NCBI GenBank assembly: GCA_951406725.2
Contig: OX597831.1
Location: forward strand, 26,536,001-26,600,000
DNA from: Octopus vulgaris
Taxonomy: Eukaryota
Direction of reading: 5' to 3'
DNA length: 64,000 bases
Both the position numbers and the translations under genes were made by a program. Numbering within the stretch: position 1 is the first letter of the stretch; every line of letters begins with the position of its first letter. The notes beneath the pieces were generated by a model. It saw only the letters and a list, made by a program, of their open reading frames with translations, was not told the DNA's origin and did no database searches. This document shows positions 40,770 to 55,164 of this stretch, piece by piece.

Positions 40770-41704
40770 TTGGATCATCCCATAAGTAATGTGGGTTTTT
40801 TTATACTTCTTTTATTTTTCAAAATTAAGATAAACAAAATTCTTTTTTAATCTAAAATATACTCTCCTTCATTTTCTACAATGCTCTTCCATCTATCTAG
40901 TAGATTTACAAGGTCCCTCTTCCAAAATTCACTTGTCTGTGATGGTTTGTCAGAATCCAGTGAAGAGCAAAAGCTTGAGAGGCGGTTGGATGGAACCTAC
41001 ACTCGCCTCCTTATGAGAGCTCAAAATCTCTCGTGGAAGCGCCATCCAACCAAAATGCAAATATATGGGAAACTACCACCTGTGTCATCTCTTGTGAAAG
41101 GTAGGAGAGTCCAGTTTAGCTGGACATTGTTGTAGAGCTGAAAAAGAAGTAATTTCTACTCTTCTCCTCTGGAAGCCATCTACTCGCAATACCAGAAGGC
41201 GCACACTCTCCTACCCTGATGTAATCTCCAGGGATACAGGCATCCAGCAACAGGACCTCCGTAATGCTATGATGGACCATGAAGTCTGGCGTAACATAGT
41301 AAATTCCATTGTCTCGACCACGGTCGAACAATGATGATGATGATGAAGGCTATATTGGACTCCAATATCAGAATTTCTGGAACCACCATTGACACTGGCT
41401 TACACTTATTGTCCAGTTCTCATATGCAACATTAATTTTCCTTGCACTTTCCATTGCATTGTTGCCATTATTGAACTGATTAAGCAAAATATGCCAAATA
41501 TGCTCCTTTGTCACTTCCATTATAGCTTTGAAAAAATAGCTGTTAAAATCAGCCTGCACTCTTTCAAACTTGCACTAAAAATAAGCACAAGGTAAAATTA
41601 TTACCTGCTTTTATAGCAAGTTGATGCAGGTAGCTTATCCCCTCCCTCTCTGACTTTTTAGTTCATGCAATTGAAAATACCACATTATTTACAGGATGAC
41701 CCAA
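40770..41704 (-). mobile_element. Internally deleted mariner element with both TIRs
   Basis: TA-TTGGATCATCCCATAAGTAATGTGG ... CCACATTATTTACAGGATGACCCAA-TA. N-terminus MEVTKEHIWHILL...WFQKF; C-terminus FWKRDLVNLLDRWKSIVENEGEYILD*. Confidence 0.88.
40968..41345 (+). mobile_element. RTE-clade LINE 3' end nested in the mariner
   Basis: KLERRLDGTYTRLLMRAQNLSWKRHPT...GHCCRA...LLLW...VWRNIV, followed by a (TGA)n tail. Confidence 0.85.
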
Positions 41705-42044
41705 TATATATACATATATAGAGAGAGAGAGAAAGAGAGGGGAGGGAGAGAAAGAGGGTGATTGAGTGAGAGAGAAAGAGACATAGATATATATATACAT
41801 TAAACAATAACTTCAAACCACTAATGATCCACTTCTCATTGTTAATTATTGCTCTATTTCTTATTGTCTCTCTCTATATTAAACCATGGTTTTACCTTTA
41901 AATTACCTACTACCGTATACCTTATAACGAGGACCATACATACTGAGGTAATACAAGAGGAGTGCCTACGGATACATCTATCCCTTAGATGGTTGAATAA
42001 CCTCTAACTTATATCTTACTATATATATATATATATATATATAC

Positions 42045-42075
<31 letters not shown>

Positions 42076-42529
42076 CATACATACATACATATATACATAC
42101 ATACATATGTATATATATATATACATACATACATACATATGTATATATATATGTATATATATATATATATGCATACATACATATATATACATATATATAC
42201 TCTTTTACTCTTTTACTTGTTTCAGTCATTTGACTGTGGCTATGCAGGAGCACTGCCCTTAGTCAAGCAAATCAACCCCAGGACTTATTCTTTGGAAGCC
42301 TAGTACTTCTATCCTAGTACTCTTTTGCTGAACCGCTATGTTACGGGGATGTAAACACACCAGCATCGGTTGTCAAGCGATCTTGGGGAAACAAACACAG
42401 ACACACAAACATATACACATTATGCATTTATATATATATATATATATATTTATAGATAGATTAGATAGATAGATAGATAGATAGACAGATAGAGGAATAG
42501 ATAGATAGATAGATAGATAGATAGTTAGT

Positions 42530-42580
<51 letters not shown>

Positions 42581-42602
42581 TTAGATAGATATACATACAT
42601 AG

Positions 42603-42665
<63 letters not shown>

Positions 42666-42854
42666 GCACGTAAAAAGCACCCACTACACTCACAGAGTGG
42701 TTGGCGTTCGGAAGGGCATCCAGCCGTAGAAACACTGCCAGATTAGACTGGGCCTGATGCAGCCTTCTGGCTTCACAGATACCAGTTGAACCGTCCAACC
42801 CATGCTAGCATGGAAAGCGGACGCTAAATGATGATGATGATGATGATGATGATG

Positions 42855-42902
<48 letters not shown>

Positions 42903-42968
42903 ATACAGATAGATAGATATGAAATGAGATATAAGGAAAGCTTCTAACAAGGTAGAAAGTTTTTAAAA

Positions 42969-43006
42969 TCCTTTATATTTCGTGTATAAAGCCTATCTTC
43001 AGAAGA
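42969..43006 (-). ncRNA. Degenerate minimal hammerhead-like motif
   Basis: TTCTT-CTGAAGA-(weak stem II)-GAAA-TA-TA-AAGGA. Confidence 0.4.
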
Positions 43007-43283
43007 ATACAGTGAAAAAAATGTGCGTTTATATACATTTTGGATATATGGACAGACTGCAACCCTGTTTTTAATCTGGTGCATGTGCTAGTAGTTATAG
43101 CTCCCTGAATAATGTTGTTGTTGGATCCATAGAGGTCACGTTGTGGACGGTGGTGTTGGAAATGGTGGTGGAACTCTGAGCTGTAGGTTGATAGCAGCAG
43201 TGGTGAAAGTGGTTGTAGAGAGTGGGGAATGCTGTGGTCATAGTAGTAGTCAGTGATGGCATTGTAAACAAGCATATAAGTAT

Positions 43284-43906
43284 CTCTTTACTCTTACTCT
43301 TTTACTCTATTACTTGACTGCGGTCATGCTGGAGCACCGCCTTTAGTTGAGCAAATCGACCTCAAGACTTATTCTTTGTAAGCCTAGTACTTATGCTATC
43401 GGTCTCTTTTGCCGAATTGCTAAGTTACGGGGACATAAACACACCAGTATCGGTTATCAAGCGATGTTGGGGAGACAAACAGACACACAAACATATACAC
43501 ACATACATATATATATACATATAAATAGATGCCATGATATATCGTTAGCTACTACATGCATTTTTTTCTCTCCTTGTTTCTCTCCTTGTTTTTTTCTGTG
43601 TATCTTTCTGTGGAAGAGCGTAGGCTCGAAACGTGAAAGACTTTTTCTATTCCTGAGTGCTATACTAATACATTTGTTTGTTTGTACACCACCTGCCTTC
43701 GTCTTTTGTTTATTTTCGTAAACTTTCCCTTTATATATACATATACATATATATGACGGGCTTCTTTCAGTTTCCGCCTACCAAATCCGCCCACAAGGCT
43801 TTGGTTGGCCCGAGACTATAGTAGAAGATACTTGCCCAAGGTGCCACACAAAGGGAATGAACCCGGAACCATGTGGCTGGTAAACAAGCTACTTACCACA
43901 TAGCTA
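43284..43906 (-). mobile_element. SINE family A with a hammerhead-bearing element (~43545-43735) inserted in its central (TA)n
   Basis: The two SINE halves flank an insert homologous to 48890-49068. Confidence 0.85.
43603..43640 (+). ncRNA. Minimal hammerhead motif, variant core
   Basis: TCTTT-CTGTGGAA-GAGC-GTAG-GCTC-GAAA-CG-TG-AAAGA; G at the cleavage position predicts inactivity. Confidence 0.6.
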
Positions 43907-44475
43907 CATCAAAACTATTTACCTAATAGATTAATACAATGTATATATTTGTTGCACCAACAAAGAAGGTTTCAAAAGAAAATCTAAAAATGTGTAAAGA
44001 TTATTACAATTTTTTATTGTTTTTTTTTTGTTTTTTCTCCTAATTTTATTGTTGCTTGTTGTTGTTGTTTTTTTTGTCTCCAAAAATTTACAAATTCTTG
44101 TAGAGAATAGAAATATTTATCCTTGAATACATTTATGAAAATTTAAATTGCCAGTGCAGTAATTTTGCACTGATGCATATTTTTCTTATTGTTATTGTTA
44201 TTGTTGTTGCTAATGTTTGTTTTGTGCGATGTTGTCATGATTGTTGTGTGTGTTATATTTTTGCTTTTCGTCAGTTTTTTTTTTGTTGCTTTGTTATTTC
44301 TCCCACATTTTATTGAGATTTTTGAGTGGCAAATCTTTTATTGTAGTTCCATTTTTGTTACATTATATTGCATTATATTAAATTATATTACATTATATTG
44401 TATTATATACATATATATGTATACATATGTGTGTGTGTGTCTGTATATATATACAGACACACATATATTGCATTA

Positions 44476-44525
<50 letters not shown>

Positions 44526-44547
44526 TACATATGTGTGTGTGTGTATT

Positions 44548-44586
<39 letters not shown>

Positions 44587-44636
44587 CATATATATATATA
44601 TATTTATTTATTTATATATATGTATATATATTTATA

Positions 44637-44680
<44 letters not shown>

Positions 44681-44805
44681 AAATGCATGTAGAAATAGAC
44701 ATGTGTACACACATGGATTTATAGATCATGCACACATATATAGATGCATTCACACACATATTTGTGCTTATATGTGCTTACACACACATAAATATATGCA
44801 TTGTT

Positions 44806-44854
<49 letters not shown>

Positions 44855-46195
44855 GCATGAATGTATTTATGCATACATGAATGCTTATATGTATGTATGA
44901 ACTTACATATGTATGTCTGTGTGTATGCATGTATGTATGTCTGTATGTACATAAATGTTGTAAGTATACAGAATTTGAAAATACCACCAAGGATCTAAAG
45001 ACATTTCTCTGAACTTGAAGAACCCAAAAATATAATATAGAACTCAATAAATACAGACCCTTGAAAAAAATATGTTTAGGGTTGCAATCCTGCCACAGCT
45101 GACTTTGGTTTTCCAATTTCTGAAGTCAATAAGTAGAACAAGATGCAAATATAATTGAATTGATTAAAACCCTGAAGCTAGTGCTCCAATATGCCCATGG
45201 TTCTATGACTGACACTGTTAAAGAACAAAAGAATATTATACAGTAATTATAAAGAGATCATACACAACTTGAGGATGTCAATATAAACCTACAAATATCA
45301 TATATAATATTATAGATATCATATACAACCTGAAAATATCATAGGGATCGCAACTGTTATTATACACTTTGTGTTAGGCAACAGGGAATAAATTAGTAGA
45401 AGATAAAACAAAGATACCAAAATAAAGAAACCTAACTTTATTCCAAGAAAAGCAGAACACACACACACACACACACATGCACTCACATTCAACTTGACAC
45501 AGCCAAGAGACCTGTCTTTGAATAAAACTACCTTAACTCGAATAGTAGTCCTATATCAGATACAGAATTGACAACTTGCCAGAATTGGGTGTCCCCATTG
45601 ATACTACCTCCAATGGCAGCTCCTAGTCCATTCTTGGTATTCTAGGTTTCAGAACCAGTTACTCCATCCACCAAAGATGTACCAATGGGGATCAGTCAAG
45701 GGATTCGAATTAGTAGAGCCTGGAGGTTAAATGATGTTGGGGATCACAATCACATGATTCTCCAAAACCTTTCCAGACATAAACTGCTCTTTCCTCATCA
45801 CATCGGACTTGAATTAGATGTCTTCATGTTTCTGATTTGATGGTGGATTTGACTATCTTGATATGATACGCTTCACGATGGCCCTTTTCATTTAAACAGG
45901 GTTGTCAATGATGATGTCTAGACTTGCTGGAGAAACCTGGCAGTCTCGATAACATTTGAACTTTTATATTCTATTTTCTACTTTTTCCAGTCTGTAGTCA
46001 TGCTGGGACACCGCCTTGAAGAATTTTTTAGTTGAATGAAGGGACTGATAGAATAATCCAGGTACTTATTCTATCGGTCTCTTTTGCTAAACTGCTAGGT
46101 TACAGGGATTTAAACACACCAACACTAATTGTCAAACAGTAGTTAGAGGACAAACAGAGACATAAAAGCACATACATGTATATATATATACATAT

Positions 46196-46600
46196 TACTC
46201 TTTTACTTGTTTCAGTTATTTGACTGCAGCCATGTGGGAGCACCGCCTTTCGTCAAGTAAATTGACCCTAGGGCTTATTCTTTGGAAGCCTAGTACTTAT
46301 TCTATTGGTCTCTTTTGCCGAACCGTTAAGTTACGGGGATGTAAACACACCACCATCGGTTGTCAAGCAATGTTGAGGGGACAAAGAGAGACACACAAAC
46401 ATATACACACACATACATATATATATATATATACATATCATCATCATCATCATCGTTTAGCATCCGCTTTCCATGCTAGCATGGGTTGGACGGTTCAACT
46501 GGGGTCTGGGAAGCCAGAAGGCTGCACCAGGCCCAGTCTGATCTGGCAATGTTTCTACGGCTGGATGCCCTTCCTAACGCCAACCACTCCGTGAGTGTAG

Positions 46601-46643
<43 letters not shown>

Positions 46644-46848
46644 CATACATATGTAGTGCTGTAGGCAGCACGTCAGTCTCATAATATGATGGGCATCTTT
46701 CAGTTTCCCTCTACCAAATACACTCACAAGGCTTTGGTCGGCCCAAGGCTATAGTAGAAGACACTTGCCCAAGGTGCCACGCAGTGGGACTGAACCCAGT
46801 ACCATGTGGTTCATAAGCAAGCTACTTACCACACAGTCACTCGTACGC
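46196..46848 (-). mobile_element. SINE family A with a nested family C fragment (46437-46600)
   Basis: Both halves of the host SINE are recognisable. Confidence 0.85.
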
Positions 46849-47206
46849 CAATAATACATTTGAAAGAGAGACAAGAAACTTAAAATTTAACACACGTATT
46901 TGTAACATTACACTGAGACCATCTTTTGGCTATGTCCCACTAAACTTGTAGTCTCAAACACGTGGTGTGTTATGAAGATATAAACATGATACAGAATTTT
47001 AAAATATCATATTAACTACACATCTGATCAACATCATTAATGGAGGTGTTTATCAAGTGAGGAGACAGGGACGATGCACCAAGATGTTTGTAATTGTCTC
47101 GCAATTGTTGCACACAATGTGCATCAAAGGGAGGAGAAGAAAACGAAAACAATGGGATGAACAAAAATAAAAACATTACGAAAATGTAATGATAATAATA
47201 ATAATG

Positions 47207-47309
<103 letters not shown>

Positions 47310-47380
47310 TAATAAAGATGAAAACAATAACAATGATAACAGTGATGGCAATGATGATCATGATGATAATAATAATAATG

Positions 47381-47446
<66 letters not shown>

Positions 47447-47743
47447 GTAGTCGTAGTAATAACAACAACAATAATAATAGTAGTAGTAGTAGTAGTAATG
47501 GTAATAATGTTGCTCTACTACACATAAAATCTTCTGCTACACAACATAATTTGTTCATAATTGTTTACTGTCCGCTCTCTCTTTGAAATGAAAAGCTTTG
47601 TGCGTCAGTGTTAACAATAATGCAGTTTTTTGTGTGTATGATGAGTATGTGTCTGTGTTTGCACAAGCATATATACATATATATATGCATACATACACAC
47701 ACATATATGCATACATACACACATATATATATATATGCATATA

Positions 47744-47789
<46 letters not shown>

Positions 47790-48033
47790 TATATAAGTAT
47801 GTTTGTATGTATGTATATATGTATATTTTTATGCATATGTGTGTGTATATAATATATATATATGTGTGTGTGTGTGTAGTATATATATACACACACATAT
47901 ATCCATACAGCCATACATATATATATAAACACACACACATCACAAACACCTGCTTATATACATATATATGAATATTTATGTGTGTGTGTGTGCATACATA
48001 TACATACACACACACACATGCACACACACACAT

Positions 48034-48101
<68 letters not shown>

Positions 48102-48935
48102 ACCATGTATACATAGATGTATGTATTATTGTATAAATAGAGAACAGCTTTTCTTTTAGACACATATCGAAAACCATGTCCTGGTTTTAATTTTTTTTTC
48201 TTATTATTTTCATATGTCTCCCCTGTAGTTTGTTTGGAGAAAACATATAGACAACATATACACGTTGTAAACAAATTATACATGTTATTAATGGCATATA
48301 AATCTAATGATTAGATTTCATGTTCTGAAGAAAATGTCTAAACAAACTCAGGTGATAAAATCTGCAGAAAGCACATTAGCCTATCGTAAAAGAGGCAGTT
48401 TATTTTGCTAATAGCAGTTCACATCCTGATGAAGTGGCAGTGAAAGTCTAGAACTGTTGGTGATGGATTTTGGAATTATTGTTCAGAATAAAATGCAAGG
48501 GACTCACAGAAAATATGAAAATAAAAAACACATAAAGGCTAAGTAGAATACAGTGACATTTTATACATACACACACATATGTGTGTGCATGTATTCATAC
48601 AAACACATACATACATACATCACGCATATATACATACATACATACATGCATACAAACATAAATACATACATACATACATACATACATACATACATACATA
48701 CATACAAACATACATACATACAAACATGCATACATACATGCATACAAACATAAATACATACATACATGCATTCAAACATACGTGCATACAAACATACATA
48801 CATACAAACATACATACATACATACAAACATACATACACACATACATACATACATACATACATACATACAAACATACATACATACATACATAGCTACTAC
48901 ACGCATTTTTTTCTCTCCTTGTTTTTTTCTGTGTA

Positions 48936-48973
48936 TCTTTCTGTCGAAGAGCGTAGGCTCGAAACGTAAAAGA
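48936..48973 (+). ncRNA. Minimal hammerhead motif, variant core
   Basis: TCTTT-CTGTCGAA-GAGC-GTAG-GCTC-GAAA-CG-TA-AAAGA, in a ~180-bp element embedded in (TACA)n. Confidence 0.68.
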
Positions 48974-50390
48974 CTTTTTCTATTCCTGAGCACTATACTA
49001 ATACATTTGTTTGTTTGTACACCACCTGCCTTCGTCTCTTGTTTATTTTCATAAACTTTCCCTTTACATACATACATACAAACATACATACATACATACA
49101 TGCATACAAGCATAAATACATACATACATACATACATACATACATACATACATACATGCATACAAACATAAATACATACATACATAAAAACATACATACA
49201 TACATGCATGCATACAATCATAAATACATACATACATACATACATACATGCATACATACATACAAACATATTCTTTTATATGTTTCAGCCTTGAGGCTGC
49301 AGCCATGCTGGGGCACTGCCTATCATCATCATCATCGTCATCATCGTCATCATCATCATCATCTCATTTACCATTTAACATCTGCTTTCCATGCTGGTAT
49401 GTGTTGGATGATTTGACTGGAGCTGGAAAACCAGAGAGCTGCACTAGGCTCCAGCTATCTGTTTTGACATGGTTTCTATGGCTGGATGCCCTTCCTAATG
49501 CCAATCATTGTGCAGAGCACTCTGTACGTGGCACCAGCATCAGTGTTATTACATGTTACAAGCATGAGTGCTCTATATATGCCACTGGCATAGATGCTCT
49601 TAGATGGCCTCAACACTGGTGCTTTTATATGGCACCAACACAGCTAGAATAATTTGGGTTGAATATGGCTAGCTTAAATGCTAATGGGTTAATCAGGTGA
49701 CCCCTTCGGTCATTAATGACCATGGGATTGCACCTAGAAAGTCACCCTCTGAGGCATAAGTCTGGGCAAGGTTGTTTATGGAAGACCAGCAGTCGCCCAT
49801 GCATACCAGACACCCCTCTCTACACCACCAATGTTATCCAAGAGAAAGGCAAAGGGGCCAATACAGCTTGGCACCAGTAACGTCACAATTCATTTCTACA
49901 GCTGAGTGAACTGGAGCAATAAAGTGTCTTGCTCAAGAACACAACACACAGCCCTGTCGGGGAATCAAACTCACAACCTCACAATCATAAGTTCGATGCT
50001 TTAACCACTGAGCCATGCACCTTCACATAAAGGGTTAATCACATACTCTAGATTTCCAGGCAAAGCACATACTGTAATAGGCACAAATGTGGCTGTGTGG
50101 CAAGTTGTTTGCTTCCTAATCACAAGGTTCTAGTTTCAATCCCACTGCATGGTACCTTGAGCAAATGTCTTCTTTGATTAGTACCAAGCCCGACCAAAGC
50201 TCTGTGAGTGGATTTGGTTGACAGAAACTAAAATAAACCCATCATATATATGTATACATATATATTTATATGTATGCGTCTTTGTTTGTGTTTGTACTCG
50301 TCATAACATGACAACTGGTGTTGGTTTGTTTATGTTTCCATAATTTAGTAATTCAACAAAACAGACTGATAGAATAAGTAACAGGTTTAA

Positions 50391-50589
50391 CCGTTTTGTT
50401 ACCAACCCGGCTGAAACCGGCTCTGGCTCTGAGTACAAATGTCTTGTTTTCATAAGTTTTGAATTAAAATCTCCCACCAAACCTAAGTCACAACTTATGT
50501 TCCAAACACTAACTTAGTGATAACTAAGTTATTTTACTAAATTTTTTGTTATATTTAAAGTAATTGAAAGAAATACAGTAACAAAAGGG
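50391..50589. mobile_element. piggyBac-type MITE (second family) at the end of a decayed family A SINE
   Basis: TTAA-CCGTTTTGTTAC ... GTAACAAAAGGG-TTAA. Confidence 0.82.
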
Positions 50590-50607
50590 TTAAAGCATTA
50601 ATAAATA

Positions 50608-51037
50608 GGCTTAAGAGTGGCTGTGTGGTAAGTAGCTTGCTTACCAATCACATGGTTCCGGATTCACTCCCACTGCATGGCACCTTGGGCAAGTGTCTTC
50701 TACTATAGCCTTGGGCCAACTAAAGCCTTGTGAGTGGATTTGGTAGACGGAAACTGAAAGAAGCCCGTCGTATATATGTATATATATATATATATACATA
50801 TATATGTATGTGTGTGTATATGTTTGTGTGTCTGTGTTTATCCCCCCCCAACATCACTTGACAACCGATGCTGGTGTGTTTATGTCCCCGTAACTTAGTG
50901 GTTCGGTAAAAGAGACCGATAGAATTAGTACTAGGCTTACAAAGAATAAGTCCTGGGGTCGATTTGCTCGACTAAAGGCAGTGCTCCAGCATGGCCACAG
51001 TCACATGACTGAAACAAGTAAAAAGAGAGTAAAGAGT
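50608..51037 (+). mobile_element. SINE family A
   Basis: Full-length copy. Confidence 0.9.
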
Positions 51038-52128
51038 ATTTCCCTCAGCACCACCTCTCCTTCGCCATCCCACCCATCCTTCCCTTCCACCTTTCAACGA
51101 ATCATGTAGAAAGAAGTGTTTCGGGACAGGCTAAGTAAAAGAAAAACAAGCAGAATTATTATAAGATTGGGGTTGATTTGTTCAAGCAAAACCCTTGGAG
51201 ACAAAAGATAAGAAACATAAAAATTCTGTTTTTGCACTGCCCCACCCTAGGAAACCCAAAATTGCAGCTGATGAAAATGTTTGAAAGAGAATTAACAAAT
51301 GCTATCAGCAGGGCTGTGATATCATATAATCCAAATACCCAGTGTTCAGCACTATAATTGATGCCCTTTTAAGCCACACCTACCTCCAATATCCAGTCTC
51401 GTCAATGAGTAAAATATTAAAATTATGCAATCTAAGCCATTTTTCAATTTATCGTTTCAATGATGTGAATAAAATTGAAACAATAAAAATAAAAAATGAA
51501 AAACTAAAAAGATTTGTTACATAGCTCACCTGTTTCCAATCAAATTTAACTCATTATAGTAACTAGATTAGAAGATGTCTCTCGTTAATTAATTGACAGT
51601 TAATTAAATAGAAGTTGAAACTAACTTTGTACGACATTCCTGGAGAATATTTAGCTGGCAGCAAAAATTCTCTTTCTTTGAGTTCATTTAGAGAACTATC
51701 TAAGAAATAGGGTAGGCATGGTAGTGGTGGTGGTCGTCGTCATTGTCGTCATCATTGCCGCCATTGTTATCATTGTCATCATCATCATCATCATCATTGT
51801 CATCTTCATCATCATCATTGTTGAGGTGATAGGGGTGGCGATGATGATGGTAGTGGTAGCTGTAGTGATAGTGGTAATAATGGTGTTGTTGCTGTGATGG
51901 TGGTGGTGGCAATGCTGGGGGTGCAACTGTGGTAGGGATGGCGATGGTAGTGGTGGTGGGGTGGCTACGGCAGTAGTGATGGTGGCAGAGATAAAGGCAT
52001 CCCGAATATTATTTTAGCAAGTTTAAAGTGATTTCTTTTGTGCTGTAAACCATTTACTATTTCTGTGGTGTCCCCTCCTTCCCTTGATGCCTTAAGCACG
52101 TGCTTATTCTGCTTAATAGTAAATCACC

Positions 52129-52160
<32 letters not shown>

Positions 52161-52404
52161 TATACACATATATATATATTTCTTTACTGCCCACAAGGGG
52201 CTAAACATAGAGGGGACAAACAAGGACAGACAAACGGATTAAGTCAATTACATTGACCCCAGTGCAAAACTGGTACTTAATTTATCGACCCCGAAAGGAT
52301 GAAAAGCAAAGTCGACCTCGGCGGAATTTGAACTCAGAACGTAATGACAGACGAAATACCACTAGGGCATTTCGCCCGGCGTACTAACATGTCTGCCAGC
52401 TCGC

Positions 52405-52567
<163 letters not shown>

Positions 52568-52698
52568 CATATATATGAGTGCATGCGTGTTTGTGTTTGT
52601 GTTTGTCTCCTCCCACCATCATTTGACAAACCAGTGTTACCGTGTTTAGGAACCTGTAACTTTGTGGTTCAATAAAAAGATCAATAGCATAAGTACCA

Positions 52699-52939
52699 GC
52701 AGACAGACAATTCATCGACAGACAGTAGGCCGATGGACAACTTACAGACCGGACAATTGACCGATTGGGAAATTTTCTGGTTCTATCAGCAACATAGGCA
52801 TACCTTTTGTAAAAAAGCTTTCTGCCTCCATGTTCCATTTTGATGAACTCCATGATCGATGCTTCCGCATATCGTCTTATTGTCCAATCAACCAATTGTC
52901 CAATTGGCAAATTGTGTGTTGGCAAATTGTCTGTACACT
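52699..52939 (-). mobile_element. Mutator/Foldback-type miniature element with a FLYWCH-like transposase stub
   Basis: 9-bp TSD TAAGTACCA (52690-52698 and 52940-52948); TIRs made of ~15-bp GACAATT-type subrepeats; internal MEFIKMEHGGRKLFYKRYAYVADRT. Confidence 0.75.
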
Positions 52940-53154
52940 TAAGTACCAAGCTTAAAAAATAACGAGTACAAGTCTTAAAATTACGGTAGCTATGATCCTA
53001 GCTGAGATCAACTTCCTTGGCACTTAACTAAACCTAGATTCCAACATCTACAAACCCTTCCATATGACGAATGAGAATCTTAGATATATAAATATTTATG
53101 TGTTGTATGTGTACATATCTATTTGTCTATTTGTCTATCTATCTATCTATCTGT

Positions 53155-53191
<37 letters not shown>

Positions 53192-53192
53192 A

Positions 53193-53263
<71 letters not shown>

Positions 53264-53264
53264 A

Positions 53265-53320
<56 letters not shown>

Positions 53321-53372
53321 GTGCTGTCTATTGCCCCTGTGCATCTGTCGCACACAAAAGCCAGCTTCTCGG

Positions 53373-53432
<60 letters not shown>

Positions 53433-53570
53433 TTTACTCTCTTTTCCTTGTTTCAGCCATCTGACTGCGGCCATACTGGAGCACCACTTTTAGTCAAGGA
53501 AATCGACCCCAGAACTTATTCTTTGTAAGCCTAGTACTTATTCTATCGGTCAAAAACCAAACAAAATCTT

Positions 53571-53641
53571 TGTGTCAGCCGAGAATTGAACACGGGACGC
53601 CTGTGTGGGAGGTGAGCATTCTTCTACTGAACAACTCTGTG
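53571..53641 (-). pseudogene. Decayed tRNA-Gly(CCC)-like sequence
   Basis: GTTGTTCAGTAGAAGAATGCTCACCTCCCACACAGGCGTCCCGTGTTCAATTCTCGGCTGACACA aligns with eukaryotic tRNA-Gly; stems are broken, mostly by transitions; T-runs follow downstream. Confidence 0.7.
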
Positions 53642-54339
53642 TGTGTGTTTGTGCGTGCGTGCATGTGTGTGTGTGTATGTGCGTGTATTCTACAGAAAAT
53701 AAAGGAATTCTCAAATGCAGGATGGCTGTGAAGACAGATTGCAATTACTTTATTTTATGTAGAATACCAACACACTTAGTGCTTATAAATTTGTTTAGAA
53801 AACGTTCTCACACACACAACACACACACATACATTCACATACACACACACACACACGTACATATATCCCTGGTTTGTTATCATATAGGTTACATATTTTA
53901 ATACCTAGTGAGTGTTGAAGTGTTTGAGAATGGTAATACGTTTATGTGAAAATAGCAATCTGTTGTCCTCTTAAAACGTAATACCCTCGAATAACAGTGC
54001 GTAAATATTTCTAAAATCTTATCCTCATCAAGAAAGCATAAAGACTTCAGCTACTCATCTGATAACAGACATGTTTTGACTGGCTCCTTGAAATCATTTC
54101 AATTTTCCTGTAGAACATTGGGACGCTGGGAGTTACTGGAAGAAAGGGGAGGAACACCAGAGGGAATATTGATGTCCTGCAACCCATCGGGAAGATGAAT
54201 AAGTATATGTGCAACTTGGCATATTATTGTTAAATGAGATTAAACTTTGGAGTTGTTTGATAAGTTTTAAAGATCAAATATCTGAACTTACTGAAAACCT
54301 TTTACGCTGTTTTTCTTTCAATTAAACACGAATACAATG

Positions 54340-54736
54340 CTCTTTACTCTTTTACTCTTTTACTTGTTTCAGTCATTTGACTGTGGCCATACTGGAGCAC
54401 CGCCTTTAGACAGGCAAATCGACTCCAAGATTTATTCTTTGGAAGTCTAGTACTTATTCTAGCGGTCTCTGTTGCCGAACCGCTAAGTTATGGGGACGTA
54501 AACACACCACCATCGGTTGTCAAGTGATGCTGCGGGGACAAACACAGACACACAAACATATACACACACATACATACATATATATATATATATGTAAACG
54601 TTAAAAAAACACAAACTGGGACAAGAACATGAAACATTTTGAAGACGACAAAAAAACACACACAGACGGGACTTTCGAAGCTCTCAGTCATCAGTCAAGA
54701 ACCAGATCATCTTCGCAATTTCGGCTGATTAATCTT

Positions 54737-54780
<44 letters not shown>

Positions 54781-54948
54781 TACGACAGGCTTCTATCTGT
54801 TTCCGTCTACCAAATCCACTCACAAGGCTTTGGTTGGCCCGAGGCTATAGTAGAAGACACTTGCCTAAGCTGCCAAGCAGTGGGACTGAACCCAGAACCA
54901 TGTGGTTGGTAAGCAAGCTACTTATCACACAACCACACCTGCGCCTAT
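54340..54948 (-). mobile_element. SINE family A with a foreign insert (54594-54740) in its central (TA)n
   Basis: The SINE halves flank an insert that carries CTGATGA and GAAA motifs on the minus strand. Confidence 0.85.
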
Positions 54949-55164
54949 ATAATACAGAATATAGCAAAATAATTTTGTCATTATCAAGCTGGATTTTGTT
55001 GTTATCAAACTAATGTTTGATATATAAATTAGTTTCATATTTTGGCACGAGGCCAGCAATTTCAGGGGAAGAATTAATTCTATACATCGGCCCCAATGTT
55101 CAACTGGTACTTATTTTATTGACCCAGAAAGGACGAAAACCAAAGTCAACCTCAGTAGTATTTG

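Noticed and set aside
43105-43275. Thr/Ser-rich minus-strand frame (mucin-like)
   Set aside because: Short, low complexity, no convincing splice sites; probably a decayed CAC/ACT repeat.
45600-45960. Possible ancient R4-like endonuclease fragment (minus strand)
   Set aside because: Only two weak motifs (LDIIID, VIVIP); too degenerate to call.
51265-51300. CTGATGA...GAAA hammerhead-like string (similar lone cores at 7281, 11128, 38513 and 59422)
   Set aside because: Stems I and III cannot be formed.
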